In this document: positions 40,825 to 54,565 of the stretch, in pieces
Layout: the number at the start of each line of letters is the position of its first letter
Position numbering within the stretch: the first letter of the stretch is position 1
Source: Podarcis cretensis
Lineage: Eukaryota
Direction of reading: 5' to 3'
Length of the DNA stretch: 64,000 nt
NCBI GenBank assembly: GCA_951804945.1
Contig: OX638150.1
Span: forward strand, 28,830,001 to 28,894,000
The notes under the pieces: model-generated
Databases searched by the model: none
What the model saw: the letters and a program-made list of their open reading frames with translations, nothing else
Told to the model about the DNA's origin: nothing
Program-made: the position numbers and the translations under genes

Positions 40825-43000
40825 CTCTAGATAGAGAACCTCTAAGCAGTTCATGAAGTAAAAGCCACAAAACCACAAAGCTAAAAAAACAAAAACAAAA
40901 CATACTGCGGCTATCACAATAAAAATGTAGAGTCAAAATACGAAGCCATGTAATCGAACCATTCTGACAGTCAGTATCTAGTGAACTAAAAGATGGCACC
41001 TGGTTGAAATGGGTGGCGAACAGAACTGCAGGATCCACTTCGATCAGGAGCTTCTGCCTCTCCAGTACTCACCCCACCACTTCCTTTGCATAGATAAGTG
41101 GTGCTGTCCCTAAGAACTCTGCAGGGCTCTTCCTAACAGCCCTGTAGGCTTTTGTATATATAAGTTAAAGGATCCCCTCCTGACCTTAAGACCCTCCTCG
41201 GGCTTGCAGAACAGTATCTGCACTCGCTCAGATCACCAGTAGAACTGTACCCTATTTTTGGTCCCTCATAGGCCATGATATCCTTATGCAGTGCCTTTGG
41301 AGTTACGTGATCTGCCACCCAGGCAGGAAACTTGGCCTGCTCTGGGGATCTGGAAGTTGAGAACCAAGGTGAAAACCCCAGAGTTTGAGCAGCAGTTGCC
41401 TTCCTAGGCTTCTGCTCTAGGTGCACTCTTTTATGAAGTACGGACTCTGCATGTCAGGCCTTGAAGCATCCTGGTGGCTAGCTAGGGAAAACGGTGTCTT
41501 TTCATAATTGCCGCCATAAAGAAGAGCTAATCGTTAGAGGTTGCTTATTCCTGGCCCGTGGGGAATGGAGTGATTTCCCCCCCTAGAGGCATGGAGTCTG
41601 GAGTCCTGCCAAACTGCGGAGTGAAGTCAGGGGTCAGGCAGCACATTGGGGGCTTGCCTAGCCAGCGCTAGGAGCAGCTCAACCTTTGATTTGAGCTCTC
41701 GGAAGAGGATATTAACCCCTTGTGAGTCTGGGAGGCAAGAGCCTTTGAGGCAGCTACTCTGTTGCATACAAAAGACAATTTAGGGAGGCTCATTGTCTAG
41801 TCTGGACCTTGAATTTGGGCAGTGTAGAGACTTGGGATAGGCCCATTGTTATTATTATGAGGGTCCTTAAAAAATAGGAAAATACCTGTCTTACTCAACT
41901 GCATTAACCAGTGAACACCAGTGAGAAAGGGTTGCCTCCATACCACTTAGATGCTTCCTGTTTCAGAATCTCATCGCTCTTGAGAACTTTCTAGTGCTCT
42001 TGTTTGGCGGGGTGTTTTTTTAAAAAAAAAATTCAGCAGAATGAAAATAGTGAAAGTCTTGCTTTTTTTAGTCTCTATCACCTTTCCGCTGCCGTTTTCA
42101 GCCTCCCGTTTTCCCACCTCCCCAGACGAGGGGGTCTGCACCAGCCCACATATGCAGATGGTTATCACCCCCTGTGGCTAAGCAAAGTCTGCGCTTTTCA
42201 TCTCTACGGCAAACGGTTACTGCTCACACACCGGAACCGTTCTTTGCCCACAGTGGAACGGAAACCACATACAAGGACTCCCCTGCATGCCTCCTCACAC
42301 ATGTGTGCAGGCGCATTCACAGGCACACATCCTTGTACACAAGCACAAAGCAAATTGATGTACAGCAAAAACCTTATCTGCGACTCTCCGTGTCCCCCCC
42401 CCCTTCCTCCATCTGCTCATCATCTCCAGGGACTTTTAAAATTTGTAGTTTGGAACTACGTTACCCTTCCGATCAATCCCCTCTGGGCAAGGTTCTTCCC
42501 AAAAGCCTCCTCCCAAGTTTGATGCTATCTGAAGAGGCCCCTCTCCTTCCCCCAAGTTCAGACGGCTCTGGCTCCTGGCTGCTGCCCCCTCGGCTTAAAT
42601 TGCCTTTTCTCCCCCCCCCCCCGCCCCCCTGAAGTATGTGGCATCCCAATAACTTCCCCTCTGCCTGGATGGATGTGTGGTATGTGCCTGAGATAAACAC
42701 GACCGTGTGCCTGATGTCTTTGAGTAGCAGGGTATGGAGAGCAGAGCGGGCAGAGGCAAGGCAACCTTTCCAGAGTGAGCATTGTGCCAGGCTAACCTCC
42801 TCCCCCCCCCCAAAAAAAAAACACACCAGTGGATGTGTCCGAGAAAGGAACAGAGCCGCAGTTCGCTCGGAAAAACAGGAAGACATGGCCAGTAGTAACA
42901 ACAAGCCGGCACCCAGTCGCTACCCAAGGTTGCTTTGGGGGCAGAGAGGGGACAATGGTTTCAGGGTGGTGTGCCCCTTTTATGTGCCCGGAAACACCCA

Positions 43001-43155
43001 ATAGAATCATAGAGTTGCCAAGTTGGGAGGTCATGACCCAATGGTCATGCAGTTCAAAGTAGGGATCTCAGCTAAAGCATCCATGACAAATGGCTAACCA
43101 ACCTCTGCTTACAAACCTCTCCAAGGAAGGAGAGTCCACAACCTCCTGAGGGACC
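43001..43155 (-). mobile_element. CR1 LINE 3' fragment
   Basis: Minus strand PQEVVDSPSLE motif and (GATTCTAT) tail. Confidence 0.7.
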
Positions 43156-43238
43156 CAAGATCCAAAGACCAAGGTGTATAATATCTTAATGTATGTCTCC
43201 TTCCCCTGTGGATGAGAATGGTTTTTCCACCACGGTAA

Positions 43239-43472
<234 letters not shown>

Positions 43473-43596
43473 TGAACCCAGGGCATTTAAAATAGGGGAC
43501 AGAGAGGATGTGCTTGTTCGTTGATTGCAATCATTTGTGCCCTGCCGTTCGTTTCCTTCCAAGGAAGCTAACAGGTGATGTCAATAAATTAAAAAG

Positions 43597-43735
43597 CATA
43601 AGAAGAGCCTGCTAGAGCAGGCCAGTAGGTCACCTATTCTAGCACCTTGTTCTCATAGCAGCCAGTGGGATGCCTATGGGAAGCCTGAAAGCAGAACGTC
43701 AGAGCGGTGGCACACTCTCCACTTGTGACCCCCTG
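43597..43735 (-). mobile_element. CR1 LINE 3' UTR fragment
   Basis: CATAAGAAGAGCCTGCT...CAGGCCA...TGTTCTCA, same type as 16193. Confidence 0.6.
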
Positions 43736-44236
43736 CCTCTGACAGCAGAAGGAGAATAAACAATGTTCCTTCCAGCTGTCCATCATTCCATCCTGGCACA
43801 GTTCTGGCCCTGGCTAGAACAAGTCAGAAGTCTGGTGTGTCTCTGAACCACACATGCCCTGTTCCTTTTAAATCTACAGAACTCCTAGCCACTTTATCTG
43901 ATGAGATCCCCCTCTTCTGCTGCTGAAACCTGTCAGCTGCCATAGGGCCCGTGCTTTTAAAATCCCTGACAATGCAATATTGGTTGTTCCCCACCTTTTT
44001 GGCGGGCGGGCCCTTCTTTCTTTCCCTGAAGGCATTCAGCCAAAACCTGACACTGATTGGGGTAGACCACCCAAAGCTCAGCTTTTCCAGCCAGCTGGCC
44101 TCCCCTACCCCTTCTTCACCTCTGGAAGTTCTTGGGCCTGCTACTCGAAGGGAAAAGAGAAGGTTAGGAATGAATGGACGACTTGCGCAGAGCATGGTGC
44201 ACGTGGCGTGGCCTCTTTGTTTTCCCACCCCAGTGA

Positions 44237-44398
<162 letters not shown>

Positions 44399-44606
44399 TG
44401 AGTGTCTTTGCCTTTTTTCTGCAGGTTTGCAGGGCAAGGTGCCCCAGAGAATGTGGGTAAGACCACAAAGCATTGAGAAAGAGGCGAGGGTGTGAAAAAA
44501 AACACCTGATCTTGGACCTGTCTGTTATGGCTCCTGCAGCCCAAGCAAGCAAAGGGGTCTCTTGCATCAAGAGTTTTGAACTCCTCTTCAGCTTTGTAGA
44601 CCATAG

Positions 44607-44828
<222 letters not shown>

Positions 44829-45909
44829 TGAGTGACCGGGCTCGGCTCACAGAGGGCGGGAAGGGCACCCTAGCTACTGCGTGCGCAACATGCTGTATTT
44901 CCAATGCGTGAGGAAGTGTGGGTGTGCGTGAATGAGCACATGCATGTGGGGGCATCATTACAGGAGTGCACGGGGAGAACTGGGCGTGACACTGGCAGGG
45001 CTGCGTGGCCAAATGCTGGGTAGCCGCCAAGTCCCTGTAGAAGCAGGGCTGGGGAGGGCACGGAACCTTTCCTCCGCTGGCTGCTTTTCTTTCCAGATCA
45101 CCTTTTCCTCCCCTGCCTGCCTCACTTATTTCCTCCCCAAGCTTGAGCCCATTTTCAGTCTTGGAACCGGGGCCTGCGGAGAAATGTGGGAAGCACAGAA
45201 AGGCTTATGCACCCCTTCTGTACCTTCTACTCTTGCGTTCATGGGAGCCAACTCCTAGGGACTGAGGGGTCTTCACCACCCCCACCCCCGGTAAAATATT
45301 TGAAGGGGCCAACCCCCCTCCCCTGAGTTGATGAACATTGCCATTCAAATGGTGTGCATGCACCACGTTATGGGATCCATTATGTGGGGCAGCCCTCCAA
45401 GCTACCCCACCAATCACTTTGCAAGCGCCCACTCTGCTCAAGTTTACTAGGGTGGCTGTTGTGTATGAAGCTGTATGCATGCTTCTCCTGTGTTGCCCTG
45501 TTGTATCTTTATATACTTAAAAAGCCAGCACAGTTGCTAAGGAAGAGGGAGCAGGGGCACCCCCACCCCCCCACAATTCCCTGTGCTTGCAGTGTAGCTA
45601 TTATAGAGCACTGCTTGCGTCGGGGGGTGGGGTGGGTAGTGCTGGTGGTGTTAATGGAGTCCCTTGAGGTCAAAGTCTTCCCATGTTGTTGTTTGTGGCT
45701 GTTAACCAGCGCCTTCGCCCCAGAAGTTGCATTTCAGCGTCGAGTGCAGGGGTTTGTCTTGCATGTTGCAAATGGGCACCGAGACCCAGGGGAGCGGCGG
45801 GGCCGGAGAGAGGCCTGCTCCTCTGTGCTCCCCCGCCTCGTGACTGCTTTGCCTCCTGCCACCGTTCTGGGGGGAAAGAATTGCCCCTCTTTTGAAGAGG
45901 AAGGCAGTG

Positions 45910-46280
45910 TTGCATAAAAGCCTCTTTATCTGTGCTGTATAAAGTCATTGGTCACACTGCAGTGGTGTTCATTGCTGCTGGCGCTTTATGATTATCCATT
46001 AGCCGCCCGGCACAGTCATTCCCGCACTCACGGGCCCTGTATAATTGTCCTTCTCTGCTACAAATTGCCTCTCCCGGCAGGCCCATTTGCATAAATCCTC
46101 CAAGCTAGTCCAAACATGATTGGAGCACGCGTGTGTGCGCTGCATCAATCCTGATGATTTGGTAATAATAGTTAAATCTGTACTAAATGGTTCCTTCAAT
46201 TAAGACAGAAGAAAAAAAAATTAATCTCTAGGTTTTATGTCACAAAACATTAGCAAATGTAGTGAAGGTTACAGGGGAAA
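45910..46280. promoter_or_regulatory. Candidate conserved enhancer in intron 13
   Basis: No recognisable TE; dense homeodomain-type motifs; octamer ATTTGCAT at 46085-46092. Confidence 0.45.
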
Positions 46281-49200
46281 AAAAGCAGTTAGTGTTGGCT
46301 TTGGGTTGCAACATGGCTCCACCATATGGCTCGTGGAAATCTTCCAGGGCTTGCTGGAGAACTTGCTTGCCTTCTCCCATTCCTCCCTCCCTCCCACCGC
46401 CCTTGCCTGGGCCCTTTCCCCTGGATTTATTCCTGTTCCCTCCCCAAACCTTGCAGAGCTGTGTAGGTTTATGCAAAACCAAATCCAGAAGGGAATACAT
46501 TCTTAGCTGATTTGGAAGGCAGTCCCTGTTTTGGGCTCTACTAAACTGTTCTGTGGCTTCAGAGGAACAGTGGAGAGGAGTTGAGATGGAGGCGGGAAAC
46601 AGAGGACCCTCCAAATGCTGGTCTTTCCCACCATACTGTCTCCATGGCTCCAGCAAATCTTAACAACCAAGCCTCACTACCACCCTGCTTTTAAAACGTG
46701 GGGTTGCATCCTTTTGAGTTCCGTGACTTACACACATTCCACAGCGGTAGTAGAGCTCCCGGCTGTTCGGAAAGGGAGAATACCGGGTCGGGAAACTCTT
46801 CCGCTTGAAAGGAGGGAAGAATATCTTTGACCATTTTCATCAGTGGTGAAACAAAGCTGTTTATAGGTGGCAGGTTATTCGGAGACTTGAAGTGGGTATG
46901 GATAGAGCCAATATCCTTGCCCCGGGACATTGGCATTCCATCCTCATGTGGTCTCTGCATTTTGCAAATGTTATGAGAATCTGTAAGATACATTGAACCA
47001 GAGACTATGGCAGGAGAGGGGTGGGGGCCGTGACCTTCTGTAACAGGGGGCATCAACAGTCCCTCATACTGCCTTCCTGCCTCCGAAAAGCTGCTCTATT
47101 CAGTAGGTGGGCCCAGTTGGAAATAGCGTAATCACAGTCTACCAATGGCATTGCATTGTCCACAGTGGGGGTGTTATTCTCAGGTCCCAAATATAGTGTA
47201 TAATTAGGATGCAATGTCTGTCTGTCTGTCTATCTCTCTCTCTTCCCCCAATTTCTAATTCCTGTACCTAGGGAGTGCTTTTTGCATTCATGAGTTGCAA
47301 CCTAAATAATACCTGCACCCCGTTCTACATGCTTTAGTGGGCTCAGAGCACGGCGTAGTTTTTCCTGGACTTTTCAAAATGGGCTCAGTAGGGGAGATGT
47401 TGTTCCAAGTAGCCCTATAAACACAGCAACAGCTCGGCCCTTCCTGAGAGCGTCCGTGCAACATTGAACCGACACCCCCTTTCCCTGCAGATCAAAGTAT
47501 TGCAGGATAGCTCCAAACCACACAGGCTGCCAGACGGGACCTTGCACACCCACGACACCGCTCCACACCTGAACGGCGGCTTGCGCTCCTTCCTGATTTG
47601 CATCCTGGCGCACAGGCCTTGCCTTGTAAACCCAGCCAGGCGAGGCACGGTGGCACAGGATCCCCTTGCTGTGTGTTGCCAGGCCAAGTCTCCCAGCCAT
47701 CATGGCATCCCTTCCCTGCTTTTGGCCTCACTGAAGCAACACATGCTCCTGTGGCAGCTGCAGGCCCGGCCCCTTGGCCTGCTTCCTATCAGGAACATTC
47801 CCGCAGCTTCCCACGCCGAGCGAGAGAATCCCCGCCAAGCTTGCTTCCCTCCAGCCACTCCCCGGAACTGAGCGGTGGCCTGGAGCCATGGTAGCTCCCT
47901 GCCCGCTGGTGCCCGAGGTGTGAAGATGGGCAGCTTGGCTTTCTCTGGAGCCCCGAGTTGCTTGCTGGCCTGTTTTCCGCACCCCGCCTTCTGCCCATGG
48001 CCCTTTGCCTGCCTGCCTGAGGGTGCTCTATTCCCTTCCCATCCCTCTGCTTGTCAGGGAATTCCCTCCTTTCTCGCCTGCTGCAGCCGCAGGAATGGAA
48101 TTTGGCACCAGCTCCAGGGTCAGCCCCGGGTCAGAAGGTCGAGGTGCAGGGGGCAAGGCCCGGGAGAGGAGTGTGAACAGAAGCCGTCTCGGGGAAGGGG
48201 GAAAGGGGGTTTGCGTGGCCTCAAACCCTGGGCTGCATTCCCAGGGTGGAGCAAACAAGAGGCGGCTTCTCTGGGTGCCGGAGTGGAGCAATTAGAACTA
48301 ACGAGCGCTGGAGATCCGAGCGGGAAGCCAGCCAGCAGTACGGGGGGATGGGAACAAAGCCTTCAGGGACCTAATTCATTTCATATTTACTATGCTGGGA
48401 GGACGCTGCTTGTGAAAGAACTGCCGACGCGATGCGGAGCGGATCCTTTGCGATGGACTTTCCCAACTTGTATTTGGACTACAAATCCCACCAGCCAGCA
48501 TGACCGGGCTAATGGGACATTTAGTCCCAAACTCATGAAGGGCACCAGATTGGGGAAGGCTGATTTAGAAGGTGTCAAAAGAAAAAGAAAAAATGGATGG
48601 CCTGCTTCAGATTAGGCCAGGCTTGATTCTTTAATTTGATTCTTGTTTATGGGTAGGGAGTGTGCACCTCCTCTGGCTATTTTTTAGTCTTGATTCTGCT
48701 TGAAACATAAGAGTGTTGTTCTCTTTGCTTTTGCTTCCTGCTCCTTTTCTCCTGACATCAAGCAACGTGTCTCTTCGTTGCTTCTTTTTCAGTGTGTCGG
48801 ATGAGATTGATCCAGGCTTTCCTCTAGCTTGCTCTATGTAGCTTGCACACACACACGCGCGCTGCCCTTTGTGGAGACAGGAAGTGTTGGGAAGGCAGCA
48901 GTGAGTACACACTAGCAGCAGGAATCCTGGCGCTCTCCTCCAATGGGTTTTACTGGGCCAGTGGGCCATGGCTTATTCCATGGAAGAGCCGGGCACAGAT
49001 GCCTGTGGAGCAACTACCTCGCTCCTCTAAGAACATGGCTTTGCATGTGCTGCAATTCCAAGGGAGCACAGAAGGGCACTAGGCATTCAGTTCAGCTTGA
49101 ATGAATGCTCAGCTTCCAACAGAACTCTCGGCTTAATTTCCTTTTTTCAAGAGCACGTTTCTAGAACTTATCGCTGCAAAGATCTGCTTGAAAGTTACAC

Positions 49201-49740
49201 AGCTATTTTCTCCCCAAAGCAGAAAAGGCTGCTCAGCAGTGGTTTGGGGCTGATCTGTAGTGTCCTAATATATAGTTAAAACGGCAAATGTCCCAGGATC
49301 AGTTTATGCAGAATAAAAGAAAATGCACAAACATGCTCAAATTCAGATAGGTCACGGAATTCTAATTTCTGTGGTGCAGAATTTGTATTTTATACAGTAT
49401 GCACATGCATGCAGCCATGGCCGAGATACGAGAACAGTCCTTGCCAGCAGCTGCAGGAGACTGCGTGCTTGCAGCAGTGCTACAGAGCACAGAGATTAAC
49501 TCCGATCCCATAGTTTGCAAAGACCCCCTGAAAATTTCACCTTGCTTCTTCTGCATCTCATTTTCCTTAGCTAAGTTTTGTCCCAGTGCTGGTTATGAAG
49601 AAACAGCTCAAAACCATGCTGGCTGTTTCTGCCAAACTCTTAGGATCACTTTGCACATTACACATTACTTTGTGTTAGGAATTAATGCGATGATCATTCC
49701 CTCAGATTTTTATGATGCACATTTAGTTGGCATGCATATA

Positions 49741-50025
49741 CAGTGGTGCCTCGCAAGACGGAAAACTCGCTAGACGAGTTTTCCGTTTTGGAGGCGCTTC
49801 GCAAAACGAATTTCCTATGGGCTTGCTTCGCAAGACGAAAATGTCTTGTGAGTTCCTGCGGGTTTTTTCCCCTTTCCCCCCCTTTTTTCTAAGCCGCTTA
49901 TCCGCTAAAAGCCGCTAATAGCGCTAATCCGCTAAGCCGTCAATGGGCTTGCTTCGCAAGACGAAAAAACCGCTAGACGAAGAGAATCGCGGAACGGATT
50001 CTTTTCGTCTTGCGAGGCACCACTG
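49741..50025. mobile_element. Young Tc1/mariner (Tigger-like) MITE, second family
   Basis: Perfect 20-bp TIR CAGTGGTGCCTCGCAAGACG, TA on both flanks, CpG-rich internal GCAAGACGAAAA repeats. Confidence 0.92.
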
Positions 50026-50475
50026 TAGTGGGAATCTATGATAGCTCTTAGCTTATTAGTACATGCAGGAACATCAGACGTGATAATCTACGTGGAAGTC
50101 TCATTGCATCCCCAGGAAAGTGGGAGAGCTGGCTAAGAGAGGGCTTGCATTGGTCAGGAGGGCAAGGCAACTTAACTCCATGTTACTCCTAATTCTTCCC
50201 CATGGCTCCCAGTCCCCCTCCTCTTCAAGAGACTTATCCTGCTTCTCACATTTCTTCCACGAGTCCTTACAGGTCTTGCCCTGCTCCTTAAGTAGAACAA
50301 ATACCCAGAATTTTGAAAAAAGAGGGGGAAAAAGAAAGCATAGTCTTTGTAATTTGCTTAATCCAGTTGCATAATTTGAGTTGTAATACTGCAGAATTGA
50401 GGTGATTTTCTTCCAGAATTCCAGATCTTCTTAGCTTGATTCAGGCATTTGTGTGAACATATCAGGGCTTAAAGC

Positions 50476-50604
50476 CAGTGTTTCCCAAACTTGGGTCTCC
50501 AGCTGTTTTTGGACTACAACTCCCATCATGCTTAGCTAGCATGGTCAGGGATGATGGGAACTATAGTCCAAAAACAGCTGGAGACCCAAGTTTGGGAAAC
50601 ACTG
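50476..50604. mobile_element. Palindromic hAT MITE (family A)
   Basis: CAGTGTTTCCCAAACTTGGG...CCCAAGTTTGGGAAACACTG; both flanks contain CTTAAA (degenerate TSD). Confidence 0.9.
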
Positions 50605-50612
50605 ACTTAAAC

Positions 50613-50752
50613 TGAAGATAGGAAAGCTTGTGACTCTCCAGATGTTTCTGGGGACTCTGCTGCCATCAGCCCCGGGCAGCATAGCCAATGGACAGGGATA
50701 TTCGATGCCGTGGTCCAGCAACATCTGAAAGGCCACAGGCTCCACATAACTG
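50613..50752. mobile_element. Older palindromic hAT-type MITE (family B), abutting a family A copy
   Basis: CTCCAGATGTT...CCATCAGCCC...CAGCAACATCTG...GGCCACAGG. Confidence 0.65.
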
Positions 50753-51009
50753 AGGAGGGGAACAGGGCACACACACACAAGCCCTGCCTCCAACATCCCA
50801 ACCTATGCCAGCTTCAGTCCAGACCTTGGTGGCACCCTTTTATTAAGGTCCCCTATTGCAGAGGCTTCAAAGCCCTTTCAGCTAGATGGGAGTCACCCCA
50901 AATTCAACATTTTCCAGTTAACTGCCAATTAGCATTGGACTTCCCCTCCATGGTTTCTCCAACTTTTTCAAATATTGCTGCATGTTATACACCACAATTT
51001 TCTCAGATA

Positions 51010-51295
51010 TGATTTTACTCCTCTTCTTATTCAAAGCCTACTTGCGTTTTAACATGTTTACAATAGTTTTTTCCTTAAATAATCTACAAACATCTTCCAC
51101 TCCTCCTTAAAAGTCTGCTGATCCCTGACTTTACTTGTTAAACATGCTGGTTCGGCATATTCCGTCAATTTCACCTGCCGATCCTCTTTAGTAGGTACTA
51201 CCGCATCTCGCCATTTTTGTGCATATAGTATTCTCGCTGCGGCTGTTGCATATGAAAATAAATTTGTCTGCTTGGGGGGGGGCGTACTTCTACCC
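51010..51295 (-). mobile_element. L1-type LINE ORF2 C-terminal fragment
   Basis: Minus strand reads NLFSYATAAARILYAQKWRDAVVPTKEDRQVKLTEYAE...FKEEWKMFVDYL. Confidence 0.75.
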
Positions 51296-51300
51296 TAACA

Positions 51301-51652
51301 GGGATGCGAGTGGCACTATGGTCTAAACCACAGAGGCTAGGACTTGCCGATCAGAAGGTCGGCGGTTCGAATCCCCGCAACAGGGTGAGCTCCCATGGCT
51401 CGGTCCCTGCTCCTGCCAACCTAGCAGTTCAAAAGCACGTCAAAGTGCAAGTAGATAAATAGGTACCCCTCCGGCAGGAAGGTAAACGGTGTTTCTGTGA
51501 GCTGCTCTGGTTCGCCAGAAGCGGCTTAGTCATGCTGGCCACATGACCCGGAAGCTGTACGCCGGCTCCCTCGGCCAATAAAGCGAGATGAGCGCTGCAA
51601 CCCCAGAATTGGCCATGACTGGACCTAATGCTCAGGGGTCCCTTTACCTTTA
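51301..51652 (+). mobile_element. Sauria SINE, full length
   Basis: tRNA-like head, GGTTCGAATCC, GTGCAAGTAGATAAATAGG, CCTTTACCTTTA tail. Confidence 0.92.
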
Positions 51653-52560
51653 TAATAACAATTATGGTAATAAGAAGTCTGCACGAGCGCCTGAACAGGG
51701 CTCTTATCATTGTGCATATCAGAGAGAGGCATGCCTCACCTGGCTTCTCAGTTCCCCCAAGACCCATGTCCACCCACGCACGCCCATAAAACCTGTTCCC
51801 TCGGAGCCAAGACTGCAAGAGCGGCGGCACCGAAACTGCTTACGCAACTTGTGCTGCCATCCCTCCGGTGCTGAGGGAGTTAAGCTACCCGGGCAGGAGC
51901 TCCGCTGTAGCTCCTCTGGCAATCCCCTTGCACATAAACCCTTCTGACAAGCTCAGCTGAAAGAAGCGATTGTCCCAAAGTCCCCCCCCCTCCCCTCCCA
52001 ATAGCTGGTGAATTAATGAGCTGCAGCAGAAGTGGCAGCCGCTCCGGAATGTTGCTGGAAGGCATGAAAAGTCCAAGGAATCTCCTCCTCCCTTTTCCTA
52101 AAGCAGCAACAGGACCTGTGGGAGGGATGCAGCATGCCATCTTCCCCACCTAAAGGAAACGGGAAAGAAAGAAAAGTGTGGGGGGGGCATGTATCCAACA
52201 CTGGCGTCAGCTCAGACTCTTGTCTTGCGGACAAGACCCTCCAGCTGCTTTTACCTACCGCACCCCCCGGAAGTGCCTTGTCCTGCTAGACTCCCCGTAT
52301 AAACCCTCATACACCTTTCGACCCATAAGGGAGGCACGTTTCAATTTCACTTGGTGAAGATGGGTGACATTTGACAAGGGTGCAAAGCAGGGTTCTTTAC
52401 TCAGTAATGATCTCTTCTTCCCCGTTTTCTGAGCAACGCACAAAGGGAATCCATTCAGTCTCCTCGCCCCTTAGGGAGGAATGTAAACCTTCCCTGCTTT
52501 GGGGAAAGGGTTTGCAAACTTGATTTGGCCACATTTAGATGCCCAATTCTATCTGCTTTA

Positions 52561-52758
52561 CAGTGGTACCTCTGGTTACGTACTTAATTCGTTCCAGAGG
52601 TCCGTTCTTAACCTGAGACACCACTTTAGCTAATGGGGCCTCCTGCTGCCTCCGTGCGATTTCTGTACTCATCCTGAAGCAAAGTTCTTAACCCGAGGTA
52701 CTATTTCTGGGTTAGCAGAGTCTGTAACCTGAAGTGTATTTAACCCGAGGTACCACTG
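52561..52758. mobile_element. Tc1/mariner (Tigger-like) MITE, internally deleted
   Basis: TA|CAGTGGTACCTC ... GAGGTACCACTG|TA. Confidence 0.9.
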
Positions 52759-52874
52759 TATGTGATCCTTTTTGTTTTAAAAGTTGCGTTCTGGTTTTTC
52801 TCTCTGTGAAAACAGAGGTGCAAGCAGAATTCAAGTGAGGTGTAAATGTGTGCATAGAACATAGAGGTGTATTT

Positions 52875-52876
<2 letters not shown>

Positions 52877-52909
<33 letters not shown>
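52877..52909. repeat. (AC)n microsatellite
   Basis: Direct reading. Confidence 0.95.
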
Positions 52910-52910
<1 letters not shown>

Positions 52911-53897
52911 CTCCCCTGCCTGTCACAGTCTCAGTAATACTAACATTTTCCTAGTAATACTAACTAGTCCTTGTATGTGTCAGGAGAAATTGGGTCTCCT
53001 GTTTTACACAGCTACCACAATTCAGTCTTCATCCAAGCGGCTTCCTGAGGAAACAGTGGAGTTCAATAAAACCCAGATGTCTTGGCACCTAGTTCCTGCT
53101 GTGCCCTCCTGCTCTGGAGAAATGGTGGGGGGGAGGGGAGGAAGGAAGTTTCCAGCTCTTCTTCCCCAAAGGCAGAAGAAATGCTCTGAGCTTCTTAGAA
53201 ACTTTAGTGAGCACCCAGCACCAAGACAGCTGGATCAAACGGTAGAGACCGGGGACTTGAACCTGAACATTTGCCCGGCACTCTCCATCCTTGTATGGCA
53301 ATCTTGGACTCCGGGGCATATAATGGTTATAATGAGGCAGGTCCATACTGTTTTATCAGAAGGAAATTCCCAGATCCTGTAGACCAAAGCAATATTGATT
53401 TTCGCGCTCAAAATAAATTGTGCCAAACCAAAAAAAAAAAACTCAGCACAAAATGGGCTTCTATTTTACAAGTTTGTTTAAAAGTTGCATGTGTCCTTCT
53501 GACCCAACGCATTTTAACCCTTGTATATGGAAGAGAACTTGGAGTGAGTGTGAATTAACTGGGGGAAGGAAATGGAAGACAGGAGTGCGGGGCAAGGCAG
53601 GCAGCAGTAGCCACAAGAATTCCCCCATAGTTTTTTTTCATATAGCCTTAAAGTCTAGAACCAACGTTTTATGGTAATGGATGCTGCATGGAATTGTAGG
53701 ATGCTGAGAACTGGCGTGTGTGTGTGTCTGTGTGTGCTCATTCCATCCTGAAAACCTAGGTAAAAATTCCTTTGTGTAAGGCTCCACCTCTGCACCTTAC
53801 CACCCCATGGGCTCCAGCCCCCAAATGGAGGTGTCAGTGAGCTGAATTGTCTTTCCATTGGGCTTTTTCCAAACTGAGCATTCTTTCCCATTCACAG

Positions 53898-54012
53898 GTC
53901 AGTAAAGGCCAGCTTATCTCTGCTGTGTGCAGAGCTGCGGGCTGAGGGAGAGCCGAAGAAGAAGAAAAGGAAAATATCAGAGACTGCTTATGGTGGCATT
54001 AAAAACTCCCAG
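53898..54012 (+). CDS. BAHCC1: BAHCC1 exon 14 (SVKASLSLLCAELRAEGEPKKKKRK...NSQ)
   Basis: Acceptor TCACAG, donor CAG|GTGAGT; LLCAELR matches the human protein; not in the ORF track. Confidence 0.92.
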
Positions 54013-54366
54013 GTGAGTCCAGCACAGAGCCTTATCTAGCACAGCCATCCTCTTCGTTCTTTCACCTTTTTGGTCATTGAGTAAAAAGTAGCTTGTCGGT
54101 GAACAAGCTAGGCCTGATCAGAACCACTGACATTCTGCCCCTGCCTTCCAAAGCCAGTCAGATGGGGAAGACACTCGCCACATCAACCATGATGCTTTAG
54201 GCTTTGAGGACTGGCCTAATGAGATCTCTGGGATGCTGTATCTTCATATGTGAGACACTCGCATCTCCTACATCTTCCATTATATTGCGGTCCTCCCCCC
54301 CCCCCCAGGCAAAGTAAGGCAGAAAAGTGCACAATTGTACAATTTGAGAGCTTCATTTTACTGATC

Positions 54367-54452
54367 ACATAGGAAGCTGCCTTCTACTGAACCAGACCAT
54401 TGGTCCATCTTACTCAGTACTGTCTACACTGACTGGCAGCAGCTCCCCAGCA
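54367..54452 (-). mobile_element. 3' fragment of an old SINE
   Basis: ACATAGGAAGCTGCC...AGACCATTGGTCCATCT...TGTCTACACTGACTGGCAGCAG. Confidence 0.6.
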
Positions 54453-54565
54453 TCCTTTCCAATGTACCCTGATTGTAAGAAACAGATGTGAGCGGGAGGG
54501 AGTGGGAGACGGCGGAGAAGGCACCTTTTGGACCGTAGTGACTCGTGTTTGTTTCCATGCTGCAG

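Noticed and set aside
47875-48615. 246-aa plus-strand ORF in intron 13
   Set aside because: No similarity to BAHCC1 or any recognisable protein; exons 13 and 14 already join in frame; high GC makes stop codons scarce.
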